Part shown: piece by piece, positions 50,160 through 61,210 of the stretch
How positions within the stretch are numbered: position 1 is the first letter of the stretch
How the letters are laid out: each line of letters opens with the position of its first letter
NCBI GenBank assembly: GCA_036172245.1
Contig: JAYWIR010000041.1
Location: forward strand, 1,612,001 to 1,676,000
DNA from: Raillietiella orientalis
Lineage: Eukaryota
Direction of reading: 5' to 3'
DNA: 64,000 nt
Made by a program: the position numbers and the translations under genes
The notes under the pieces: model-generated
Seen by the model: only the letters and a program-made list of their open reading frames with translations
The model's database searches: none
Told to the model about the DNA's origin: nothing

Positions 50160-50857
50160 CAGCACCGTTAGCTGTCAGGGAAGGCGCGCCGGCTCACTCG
50201 CGCGAGAGAGCTGCTTTCCTCCTTCTGCTGGAGCCGTTCGTCGCGAAGGGAGGACGTTCCTACCGAGGTTTACGTTGGTCGTGAGAGAGACCAGCATCTG
50301 CCCGTTGCTGGAGCGATGGCGACCAAGGGCACTTCACGCATGCCGTTCGGAGGAGAGTTTCGGCTTTGCTCTACCTGGGCTGTGTTCCAAGGAATGCTCC
50401 AGTGGAACTTTGTCCCCTGTGGGGGTATCTCTATCTCCCTCGGCCTTCCCTCGAGCCGTGGCCGCCTCATCTCTTGCCGCAGCGATCTCTGCCCTAAGGG
50501 CAAGCGAGACGACAGAAGCCTATCGGCGGGGTGGAAGTTTTACTGCATTGCTGAGGGAGAGACCAAACTCCTGAGCGGCTGGACGGCGAGCAAGCTAATA
50601 GAGCCGCCACTCCTCGGTCAGTGGCAAAGGGACTACATCGGTGGTCCGAACTGTTGAAAAGGGACTACGTCCGACGAACTCGTGCTCTCTCCGTTATGCC
50701 TGAACGCTTTCGTGTTCCTTTTGGCGCTGCTTCTGCATTGGAGATTCCGGCTCACTTCAGCACCGTAAGCTGTCGGGGCAAGTGAGCCGGCTCACTCGCG
50801 TGAGAAAGCTGCCTTTCCTCCTTCTGCTGGAGCCGTTCGTCGCGAAGGGAGGACGTT
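50160..50857. repeat. Direct repeat pair of about 100 bp (50160-50258 and 50758-50857)
   Basis: cagcaccgt.agctgtc.ggg...gccggctcactcgcg.gaga.agctgc...tttcctccttctgctggagccgttcgtcgcgaagggaggacgtt occurs twice, about 600 bp apart; the 3' halves are identical. Confidence 0.9.
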
Positions 50858-51549
50858 GAAGCTTCGTCTCCGGGGAATTCGCATCCCCGAACTGTGCCAC
50901 ACGTGGGTAGGTGGAATCGATCCCGCACTTGCTTTTGTGACATCAGTGAACTGTGGTGAAGGCTGGCTTCAGCGCTCCTGCTTCAAGAGGGAGACGCAAC
51001 CCCCGCGACCTGCTGGCAGTGGCTCTTTGCGTGCGGCGGATTCACGGCAGGCGCCGTAATCGCGACGAGGTGCTGCGTTCGCGCCGCCGTACGGTTTGCC
51101 ACGTCCAGGAGAAGGAGAGACAGCGGAGGAAGACCACCGCATGACAGCCGCCTACGAGTGGTCGATAAGGTCGCATCACCTAGAAGAGAAAGTCAAGGCA
51201 AAGACCAGGAGCATTCTACGCTAGTTTCAGGAGAAAGGAACGGCTGAACCTGGTGAATCCTGTCCTGACCCTTCCTCTTTGATGTAGTTCCGGACTTTAC
51301 TGTTCCTTTAGTTACTGCCCCCCTTCCCCCGTTCCGGACTTTTACCGGTGTTTGCGAAGGAGCAGGAAAAGTCAAAGACCTCTCTGCTCTCCATTCTTTT
51401 TTTATTTTTGTTGGGTACCTCCGCCCACCCGTTCCAGACTTCTGGAGCGACCGATCTGCGTGTCGATGCACTCTGCCCTCGAATCGATTGTTGTCATTTT
51501 TGTTTGGGAACTTGGTGGTTCCCGCCACTTTGTGTTCGCCCTCTGAAGA

Positions 51550-53715
51550 AACGCTCCGCCGGGACCGGATGATGTGTCTTCCTCGCGGGAAAGGGGGTCA
51601 AGTGTCGGGACAACTATCCCTTCTCCTGACCTCTCGACCTGACCTCCTTTGTTTGCTGCCTCCGGGGTTCGGGAATCCCATTTTGCTCCCCGACTCGCCC
51701 GAGGATTCCCTGGCACGGTCGACAGTCTGTGCACGATTGGCCGCATTCCACACGGGAGCATCTTCCTTCTTCCCGCCTTCTCGTTCCTGCAGTGACGATC
51801 ATACGGATCGACGACTCTGTGAAACTCGACCTCTCTGGAGGGGTGTCATCTCCCCCGAGGACGCTAATGAGGGAAGGACCTCCGTGGAAACCTTCAGGCT
51901 TCGAGGGGAAGGGAGGCCGCGCCCTCGTGGAGGCCGCGCGACTGCTGTCTCGGAGCACCCGTTTCAGGAGATCGTCCTCGCGAGTTGGGAGGCGAGCCCT
52001 CCCCGATCGGCGACCCGGTTTCCTGTGATTGTTGTGCCCCGTGAGCTCAGATTTCGATGGCGGCATCGCCGCTGGCCCACCAGGGCCTTGCGAACCCGAG
52101 CTGCGTGCCGGGAGGACCGCTCGCCGGCATCCCCTGGTGGATGCGGAGTGGCGTAGAGTCGCCGCGGCAACCCAGTGCGAGGGCGGCACGCGCCTTCTCG
52201 CGTGGTCGCGTCGGAGAGCTGCGCGGAGAGGCGCCGCTGCAGCGTTCCCGGCTGTCCCGCCGACGTGTTTCGTCGCCGCCTCTCGCCGGACGGCTTCCGT
52301 CCTCTTCACGGAGGTTGCCCCGCCGGGCGTGTTCCGGCGACGCCAGGAGACCGTCGCGCCGTCGGCCTCGCCGAGGCGAGGTCGAAGCCGCGTTGCGCAT
52401 GGAGGCGACCGGTGTGTTTCCGGTCTGCCGTCCTGTGTCCGCTCCTGGGCGCAGCATCGTCTCGAAACCCTCGCAGCTTGAGTATTTGCCGATCGGAGGC
52501 GACGAGCTGCTGCCCAGAATTCAATGAGCTGCTGCCCAGAATTCAATGCCGCTCTCGCACGATTCGCAGCGCTCGGCAACTTCCGTGCCGGCTGCTGGCC
52601 GCTGTCGCTCCTCACCATCGCGTCCCCTACGGGCGCTGTCGCCGTCTCGGCTATTATGGCCGCGAACGGTAGTCCCTGGCTGCAGGGAACCGTTCGCACA
52701 TGGGCCAAGAACAACCAAGAGAACCCGGAGGTGCGGCAGCGACTGATGCACTCCTTCTACAGCAACCGCTCGCTTCAGGACGTCATCGTGCAGCTCACCA
52801 GTGTGCGTGGACGCAAAGAACCTTCCTATCCGCGGCACTGCCCTCCCTCAGGGTGCACCTAGACAGTAACCAGTCGGCCAGATGGGAGGTCCGATGGGAG
52901 ATCGGTAGAAGAGCGAAGGAATTAGGTGCTTGAACCACGGGACAGCTCACGGACGCTGCGACCTCAAGTGCCCCACCAAAAAAAGTATTGTGCTGGGGTA
53001 AGCTGCTGGGAATCCCACAGGAAGACCTCGAGTGGCCCCGAGAGCTGAAGAACAATCACTCCCTCCTTTTGAAGTGGCAAGGGTCGGCGCTTCTGCTGTC
53101 TCACTGGGACCTCCCGTGCAATATCTGTCGATCTCACTGGACCCAGGGGGCTGTGGACCCCAACTGTTGCAGGTGTGGAGAACGGGAATCTCAGGTCCAG
53201 CACCCGCTTGTAGACTGTGTTGCCCTCCGGCCCCTGTGGTTGCGCTACGCAACGGCTCTTGGTGCACCGACGGACAATCCCAGGAACATGATGAAGCGCC
53301 TCTTCGTACGCGATGCCCTTTCTCCTGCTGTATCCTCAGCAGCTCTTTGTTGCTTAAGTGGAACTGTGGCAGCCTGGAGCTACGCGAGAGGAGGATGGCG
53401 TGACAGGGACGTCATCTGCTTCTCCCTGGGCTTCCTGCGTACGGTAGCAAGATGGTCCCATCTGGGACATACTTGGATGAAACTTGCTGGCATTTTGGAA
53501 AGGATGCAGAGAAAATCTCCAGCTCCCGGTGATCCTTTCCCAAACCTTCCAATTTTTTTGTATTCATTCTCTTGTTTTATTTTTATTTTTGTTCAACCCC
53601 TCCCCTTCCGCTCGTTAGGTTCCGAGCATTTTCGGACAATGAAGGACCGATGGCCCTACACACGTATTTTTATTATTTTTATAATAAAAGTCCCGGCGTG
53701 ACCGTGTGATAAATC
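51550..53715 (+). mobile_element. Decayed L1/Tx1-like non-LTR retrotransposon (copy B) with the best-preserved zf-RVT
   Basis: ORF 52988..53701 contains LSHWDLPCN...DPNCCRCGERESQVQHPLVDCVALRPLW (CxxC..E...H...C....W, zf-RVT type). DNA similarity to 2300-2700 and 3463-4520. The 5' limit is uncertain. Confidence 0.8.
52504..52547. repeat. Perfect 22-bp tandem duplication inside retroelement copy B
   Basis: gagctgctgcccagaattcaat occurs twice; the homologous site of copy A (about 2590-2610) has one copy. Confidence 0.9.
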
Positions 53716-54880
53716 CATCAGACTCTGGGGCAAGCTGAAGAAGACCGGCGTCCAGGGATGTGATCTTCAGCCACCGAACGTCACCGGGCGCCAGACTCCC
53801 AGCTGCGCCCCTCGATCCCTGAGCATGCAGCTCGGGGAGACGGACATCCTCCCTAGTGCGCGTTCAGGAAGGAGGATAAGGAGGAGGCTACGAGAGATGG
53901 GTAGCTCCACCTATGGAGGCGAGGTCCAACCCTCCAATGCTGCGCCCCTCCTTCGCAACCTCCCGAGGCGCCTAATCGGAGGGGACGTTGCTCCGAGGGC
54001 GCTACGGCGGCAAAAGGCGGACCCTCGGGCGTGTCCAGGAACGATTTTCGGAGCGAGCGGGGGTCACACGTCTGTGGGAGCACCGAACTACCTGAAGACA
54101 ATCGGAGCGAAGGAGCAGTATCGCGGAGGCGGAAGATCTACGGAGGCTCCTCCATGATCCGCCGAGATCCTCCGGCGGCTCGGCCGGCTGCCTCTCCTCG
54201 AAGGAGGATCCCAGGGACTCCCAGACACCGCCCCACCCGGGTTGGGTTCATTAGTTATGCCGCGCTGGGAGCTCCGGGCGAACCAATCAGGAACGCGTCT
54301 GTGGTCCTGGAGCGGGACAATCCCGCGGAGAGCGGTGTCTTGACGCGGGAGAAGCGGGGCCCGGATATCCAATTAGACGGTGCATGCGCGTGCGCAGGGA
54401 CGCCCGCGCCGGGGCTGCACACAACTCCGGGACCTGCTTGGCACGCGTGCGCCACTCGTCTCGGCGGCAGCGGAGGAGAGGGGCGCGTGCGCAGCGAACG
54501 CCGAGGCCGCCTCCGGCTCGCGGGATGGCGCACGCACATCCTCCCCCCCCTCTCGGCTTTGCTCACAACCATCTCCAGGACCCAAATTGGGGGGATTGGG
54601 GTGGGGGGGGGGGGGCGTGGTTTCCGCCCTCTGGCCGGCTTCCCAGGAGGGACGACCGGCTTCTCTCGAGTCGTCCGTCTCCGAGGAGGCCCCAATCTCT
54701 GGCGGAAGCGGCAGGGCACCTGGAAACCTTCTGTCGCCACGGACGCTGCAGAAGGGGATCCATCTGGAGTCGCGTCGCCTCCGTGAGGGAGTTCTCTGCC
54801 AGCTGGACTCGTCCCCCGGCCGGGGAGACCTCCGGAGCAGTTCGACGATCCTCGCCGCTTTCAGGGAACCTCTCTTCCTT

Positions 54881-54904
54881 CCTCCTCCTCCTCCTCCTCC
54901 TCCT
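54881..54904. repeat. (CCT)8 microsatellite
   Basis: Read directly from the sequence. Confidence 0.85.
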
Positions 54905-57900
54905 TCAGGTCCGGAACTCCCGAGGGAGAGGGGCAGGCTGCGCTGCCCCGAGCCGCTCGATTCCAGGAACGCCGCCGCTGTTCTACTCATTTGGGGGAGG
55001 AGGGGAGAAGGCAGGGGTCAGCTCGCTTCGCACGCGCGGCGGCTCCTGTGGGAACGGGCGGGCGTTCCTCCTCCACGCTTCTCGGCTCGGGTTCGTTTGT
55101 CTTCCCTTCCTTTCCCGACAGGGAAAAGGAGGGGAGGGGGAGGGCAGGCGGCGCACGGGAACGGCGCCCGCGCGGGTCCATCCGGCGGCGGTGTGACTAA
55201 TGGTCCTCTCTGCCACCGGTCGCGCGCGAGGCTCTCCTAGCAGCGTCTCCCGTATCGACCAGGGGGAGTCGTTTCCGGAGCTCGGCTCCCAGTGTTCTGA
55301 GCCGATGGAGATCGATTCGTCACAGTCTGGGGAAGATCCCGGAGCGCGGAAGGGGAGCACCCGGAGTGGCCACCTGCTCCCCCGACTACCCGTTGGCCTT
55401 TATCCTCCCCTTTGCCTCCCGCGAGGGGGGGAGGAGACGAACTCCCCCCGGTCGAACCGGCCGCCCCTCAGAGGAGTCTCTGAGGGGTTGCCGCGGGGAA
55501 GAAGGGGAGACATCCGTGCCGGGACGGGGAATCCCAGGAGGGGGGCGAGCGCGAAGAATGGGGATTGGATGAGGCGATCCTCCCGAGCAGGTCGGAAACG
55601 CCGATGACTCCCACCCGACGCATCACGATGAGGAAAGGACGGAAGGAAGGGGGAGAGTGGGGGGAGGGATGGTGGCTCCCGGAGCCGCTTCTGCCTCCTT
55701 CCTGTCTGGTCCTCAGCAGTCTAGGTCTTTTTCTGGAGTGGCTTCCTCTCCTGCACGGCATCCCTCTGCAAGGAGTGGGGTGGGGAGGGCGGGAGGGACG
55801 AGCGAGCCGAGCAGAACGACGTGCGCGTTTCCCGCGTGGCTCCCGGATCGTTGTTGGGTAGCACGTCCCACCGTACAGGTGTCTCGTCGAGCGAGCCCAC
55901 CCTCGGGACGTCGTGCGCTCCCCCCCCCCCCTCTGCCTCCTTTCTGCTGAATCTTCCCGCGAGCCTCCCTTTTACCTCTCTCCTCCTCCTCCCGCTCCTT
56001 TTTGTTCCTCCACACCGCGCAGGAGGATGTACGGCCAGATCCATTTGCCCCCCGGTCATGGGACGGTGGTAGCGGGGCTGCGCTTAGCTCTCGGAGCTCG
56101 TCATCTGAGGTAAGTGGAAGGAGGGAGCGCTCTCCTGACTCCTGGGGGGTGCGCCACATCTCGGGGGGTGCGACTGCGGACCGGGGGGGGAGCATCCTTG
56201 AGACGGAAGCCCTGGGATCCTCACCGCTTGTTCCTGACTCGATGAGCTCGTTCCTAAACTCGGCTCCCTGATGCGGAGGGAGTCGCACCCGGACCCGAGC
56301 GCTGCAGGGGCGATCCGACTCTCCTTGGGCTCTCGCCTCCCCTTTCCCTGCTTCCTGGATGAACGAAGGATGCCTGCATCAGGCCCTTCGGAGCAAAGCA
56401 CTGCCGTCCCTGCCAAGGGCCATCTCCCCAGGGACCGTAGGTCAAGGAAGGCAAGGCGTGGAGATGGAGCGTCATCAGGGTGGGATCCTGGACATTCCAA
56501 GGTTTATCTCCCCCTCGAGGCGTTCAGAAAGTTACGAGAAAAAGAGGAGGAGGGTCAGGATCGGGGATGTCGATCCCGACAGGGCGGTGGTCCTTCCTCC
56601 CTTAGGGAAACCTGAACCGTGGCAGGACTCCAGGGAACTCTGGAAAGCCTAGGTGACTCTTCCTCGCTCGAGAGGAGGGAAAAGATCGAGTTCTGGGGTG
56701 GCTGTGTGAGAGCGGATCTTCGAAAGGGGTGGGGAGCTTCATCGTCAGAGCATGGCGCCCTGACTCTCTGGATCGTCGACAGTGATTTGTCTCCACGGTG
56801 AGGAGCCGAAGAGACCGGTGAGTGGACTGGAGATGAACCGCCTCCCTCTCCCACTCGTTGCGCAACGGCGTCCCTCCTTGACAGGGATAGGCTTGCAGGA
56901 GGTAGGCGAGTGGTGATGCTGATTGGCGCACGTCAGAAGCGCCAGCATCCTCTCGGCAGAGCGAGGAAGGGATGAGGAGGGGAGAAAGAGGCGAGGGAGA
57001 GGAGGAAGGGATCAATTCCAGGATGCCCACGCCTCCGAGGAGGCGTCCCTACCGCCTCCGAGAACCAGGTGTCTCTTCCTGGCCAGTTCCAGAGGAACGC
57101 TCCCGGGGGCGAATCCATCCCATCTCTCTTTCCTTCTTTTTCCTCTTTCCAGGAGGAAGAGGAAGAGAAGGAGGGAACCTGCTCCCCTCCTCTTGGAAGG
57201 AGAGGACATCGCTCCCAACGGTGCTCCTGAGGGTACTGCCTTTGTCAGGAGGCGTCTACTATGGATTTGACCCCGAACGATCGAATCTGTCCCCCTCCTC
57301 CTCCTCCCCCCCACTCCTCGCATTTCCCATCTGCCCTCGAGGGGAACATTCCAGTTTGGAAACTCGAGGAAGATGACGCGCCCTGAATGACGCCCTGGAA
57401 GGGAAGAGGGCCCTCCCATCTCCCTCATCTGCTGGAGTCAGCATCCGAACCAAAACGAGATTAGCAGGGCTGCTTTTCTTGCGGAGAGCTTTGGGAAGAG
57501 GGGTGGAAGGGAGGCGGGAGAGAGGGCAGCACTTAGATGGGCTTCAGGGATAAGACGAGACGTAGGGCACCGGGGGCGAAGGAGGGGTGAGGAGAGACGA
57601 AGAAGGGTGCGAGGAGCTGCGTTCTGTTCCCTGGATCTTCTTAGGGGGCAGAGCGCCAGGAGATCTGGACCGTTTTCTGGGATCGCGGAGAAACGGCCAG
57701 CGCGCCGAAGGCATTCTATTGGTCACTCCTGGCAGCGCTTCTCCTGTCCCCTCCCCCCTTCGCTCTCCGCTCGGGGGAAGGGAGAAGCAGGAAAGGAGAG
57801 CGGGGAGGATTTCAGAGCAAAGTGAGCGTTCCCAGGATGCGGGTGGGCGGGCAGGCATGCGTGCGTTCCGAAGGAGAACTTCGTCGTCCTAGCAACCCAC

Positions 57901-58717
57901 GCCTGGAACTCGGATACGCCGGGACCCCCACGCAGGCACTGCCTCTTTCTCCTCCCCATCTCCGGATCCCCATTCCGCGGGGATGGGACCTCCATCGACA
58001 AGGGCAACATGCTCTCCCGAGGGCTGCTCTGGAAGGGGGGCATGGTCGTCTCCGGCCGTTCCCTGGCAACTCCCGCATTTCCGAAGGGAGATCCCGGGTC
58101 CCCACGCTCCAGCGGTATTGTCCTCTCCCTCCCTGCCCAAAGCTCCCTCCCGTGAGGCGCCTCCTCCCTCCTACCCTTTTCCTCCGGGCCGTTCGAAGGA
58201 GGACACGTGCAGGTGCCCAGCCACTCTGCACTCGTGGCCAGGAAAGCCAGGAGGACGCCCTCCCGAGCCCACGAACATGTCCCCGGCTGAAGGAGAAGGG
58301 CCGGGGACGTTCACCCCTCTCTTCCCGAAGAGAACGACCCGGAGACGATTCCTCGCTCGGGGGTCGCAGCAGACCCGTCCCGGGGATGTGCGCGCGCACG
58401 GCGAGGAAAAAAGGGGCAGCCCCACGCTGGTCTCCTTCCCTTCGTTCATCCCCCACATCCGTGGGCTTTCCACAACGCTCCCTGGTCCCCTCCTGGACGT
58501 TAGCGGCAGGACGGGATGCCGTCCCGGAGGCTGCGCGCAGGTGTAGAGAGAGAGTCCCTACTGAGCTCCCCTCCCCCTCGTGCATTTTTCCGGAGCGTTG
58601 GGAGACTGGGAAAGCCCGGCCCCAAGGGGAACTCTCCTTCTTTCCACTCTGGGAGCTCCCGGAGGACCTCGATAGGAAGGCGCCGCCATTTTTCCTTTTT
58701 TTTTTTCTCTTTTTTTT

Positions 58718-59536
58718 TTATTGAACAGCCGCCGCCCTCCCTGTGGGAGCGTCCCGGGGCGCGGAGGGACGCCCTCCGTCGGCACCGCTTTCCTCCCGGT
58801 CGTCGTGGGCGCTCATGTGGCGCGTCAGGTGGTGCCTCTCCCGGAAGCACTCCCTACAGATAGGACACCGGAGCTTCTGGTCGCGCTTCCTGCGGGAGGG
58901 GTCCGCCTCCCGCTTGTGGTGCGTCCGCATGTGGTACACCAGGTCGGAGGTCATCCGGAAGGTCAGGCTGCACTTGGCGCACGTGTTCTGGGCAGGCAGG
59001 GCCAGGCGCCCCAGGGAGGGCGGTAGCGAGGCCGCCGCGGCGGCCGCAGCCGCAGCCGCCGCCGCCGCCGCTGCGGTCCGCGCCAGCAGGGACTCGACGT
59101 CGGCGGCGGCGGCGAACGCCATCGCTGGGACGGGCGCCGCCGCCGCCGCATCCAGGGGCGGCGGCGGCGGCGCCCGCGCGAACCCGTTGGGCTTGGCGGC
59201 GCAGGCAGTCCGCAGGAACTCCTTCGCCACCCCAGTCAGGGGGAAGGCCGAGCTGCCTGGAGGAGAGCGCGGGAGGGCCTTGGGGCAGCCGAGGAAGGGG
59301 GGCAGAGGCAGGGCCGGAGGGGGATGGGAGGGCATCACCCTACTGAAGGCGCTCGAGCGGGGATCCGACCCCGCCGCCGCGGGAGGGCGAGGAGACCCCC
59401 GGGCCGAGGCCGGGAGGGGGTTTTCCCGGAGCGGGGAGGGAGGGCGCCTCCCCGGAGGGTCCCCGGCTCCCGTCAGGAACGCCACGTCGAAGGCGCGCTT
59501 GATAGCGGCCGTCTTCAGGGACGTCGTCATCTCCAT
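58718..59536 (-). CDS. PRDM8/ZNF488-type C2H2 zinc-finger transcription factor (272 aa; two C-terminal fingers, poly-Ala tract)
   Basis: AQNTCAKCSLTFRMTSDLVYHMRTHHK...KLRCPICRECFRERHHLTRHMSAH matches the diagnostic PRDM8/ZNF488 finger pair. N-terminal KRAFDVAFL and a 15-Ala run are present. A splice acceptor (ttccag) at 59562 leaves open the possibility of upstream coding exons. Confidence 0.9.
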   Translation of the reverse strand: MEMTTSLKTAAIKRAFDVAFLTGAGDPPGRRPPSPLRENPLPASARGSPRPPAAAGSDPRSSAFSRVMPSHPPPALPLPPFLGCPKALPRSPPGSSAFPLTGVAKEFLRTACAAKPNGFARAPPPPPLDAAAAAPVPAMAFAAAADVESLLARTAAAAAAAAAAAAAAASLPPSLGRLALPAQNTCAKCSLTFRMTSDLVYHMRTHHKREADPSRRKRDQKLRCPICRECFRERHHLTRHMSAHDDREESGADGGRPSAPRDAPTGRAAAVQ

Positions 59537-60079
59537 ATTCCCGGAACCCTCGGGCGGCTCTCTGGAAGCACAGGAGAGGCTTAGGAAGGGGCAGCCCCGA
59601 GGTTCCTCACCCCCTTCCCCGACCTCCCTTTCACCTCCAACCCCCCATTATCCTCTCCCCTCCCATCACTTCCCTTCCATGACGTCTCCGGGAGCTGGAT
59701 GCTCGCACGGGGGGGGGGGGGAAGATCGCGCCCTCTTCCGGAGACTCCCGGAGAGCGCCCCTCCGGGAGGGCGGCGACAAGCGGACAGGAAGCCGCGCGA
59801 TGCGAGTCTCGCAGAGGGCTCACCCTTCCCCTGCCCCTCCTTCCCTGAGGGAGGAAGCGAGGCGCGGTCCATCCCGCGCGGGCAGCCGCTGCCGGGGGCG
59901 GGATGAGGGTGAGAGGACGCCGGGGTAGGACGGGACTCTGGGAACGCACCATCCACTGGAAGAGGAAGGGGGGCCAGTGAGTTCTCCCCTGTCGTCGGTC
60001 CACACACACTCGCGGGGGTGAGGAGGGCCACGCACTGGGGGGCCGCACGGAACGCCTGCCTTCCGCTCCAGAAAATGCC

Positions 60080-60208
60080 GACTGCTCTCCCCTGCGGGGC
60101 TGCTGATATACCGCGGAGGAGGAGGGGCGGGGCCTGGACGGGAGCGGCCGCGCCAACGGCTCGGCTCGGGAGGCCGCGACCGCTTTCTATTGGACGAGGC
60201 GGGCGGGG
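60080..60208 (-). promoter_or_regulatory. Candidate core promoter of the zinc-finger gene
   Basis: In minus-strand order: GC box (about 60201-60208), CCAAT (60189-60193), GC box (60124-60132), TATA-like TATATC (60105-60110) and Inr-like GCAGTC (about 60080-60085). A GT donor at 60009 could splice to the 59562 acceptor. Confidence 0.4.
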
Positions 60209-61042
60209 ACATCAGCGCCCTGTGGCAAGAGGCGCGCACGCTCCCCCCTGGCCGGTCCGGGAGGGCGAGTCCGCCCGGGCATGGCAGAGGCTCCCCAGGC
60301 CGCCCGGTTGTCTCGGGAGGACCGGAAGGACTCCCTCGCCAGCTCCTCGTTCGCAAGGAAAGATGAAGGATCCTCCCTACCCCTGGGAAGATGAGAGAAG
60401 CCGCAGGGAGTCCCTGGTCCCCCTCCCGAAGCATTCCAGCTCGCCTGACGACGTGGAGCCGCGCCGAGAAGGCGAAGAAGGGGGAGGGGGTTCCTCGGGA
60501 GAGCACCACGAGGGACAGCAGGGAGCGCGCTGAGAGAGCCTTCGTTCCTCTGGCAACCGGCACGACGGAACCCGGGGGGCACTGCCGGAGGGGGCTGCAC
60601 GCGCTCTTCCCCTCCATCCCCTTCCCCCCGGAGTACAAGAAAGGCACCTTTGGCGAGCCCTGCTCCGCTGTATGGATTTTCATCCAGGTTTTCCGGGGAC
60701 TTAGCAGCCCTGGAGGGTAGCCCCGCCTGTCATGGAGACCCTCAGCCCTCGCGGGCCCGAGGCGGCTCGGCAACCAGGCGGGAGACGTCGTTGCACCGGA
60801 CGACTCGCTCACCCCTGCTCCTGCCGAAGAGCTCCCGGGAACCGCTTCGCCGCCGGGTAGCGGGAGGCGGTGACTCTAACGACCGCGATTCGAAGGGGTG
60901 CGCGCGCGCACTCACGGCTCTTCCGGGGCTCCGGAGAGGGGGGAGAGCCTCTCTGCTGGTCTTCCTCGGGAACGCGGCCCTGTAGGAAAGAGGTGGGAGG
61001 TCGTCACAGTGAAGGGGGAAACTTCCGGGGTTCAGTTGAGCC

Positions 61043-61210
61043 TGGGAGAGGCAGAAGGAAGTGAGAAAGAGGAGGGGGAGAAAGAGAGCGGAAAGGGAGG
61101 AAGGCAGGAGGAGGGGAAGGGAAAGAGAGGGAGGGAAGCAGGAGGAGGAGGAAGAGGAAAGGACGGAGAGGAAAGGAGGAGGAAGGGAGGCAGGAAGTGA
61201 AGGAGGAAAG
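61043..61210. repeat. Polypurine/polypyrimidine low-complexity tract
   Basis: About 165 nt of almost only G and A on the plus strand. Confidence 0.8.

Noticed and set aside
51570..51810. Possible RT core remnants (KGGQVSGQLSLLL, CSDD)
   Set aside because: Too degenerate to distinguish from chance without a profile search.
53825..58724. Many overlapping 150-300 aa ORFs
   Set aside because: No recognisable domain, low complexity, and open in several frames at once because stop codons are scarce at this GC content.
58743..59906. 387-aa plus-strand ORF
   Set aside because: It is the antisense shadow of the zinc-finger CDS in very GC-rich DNA.
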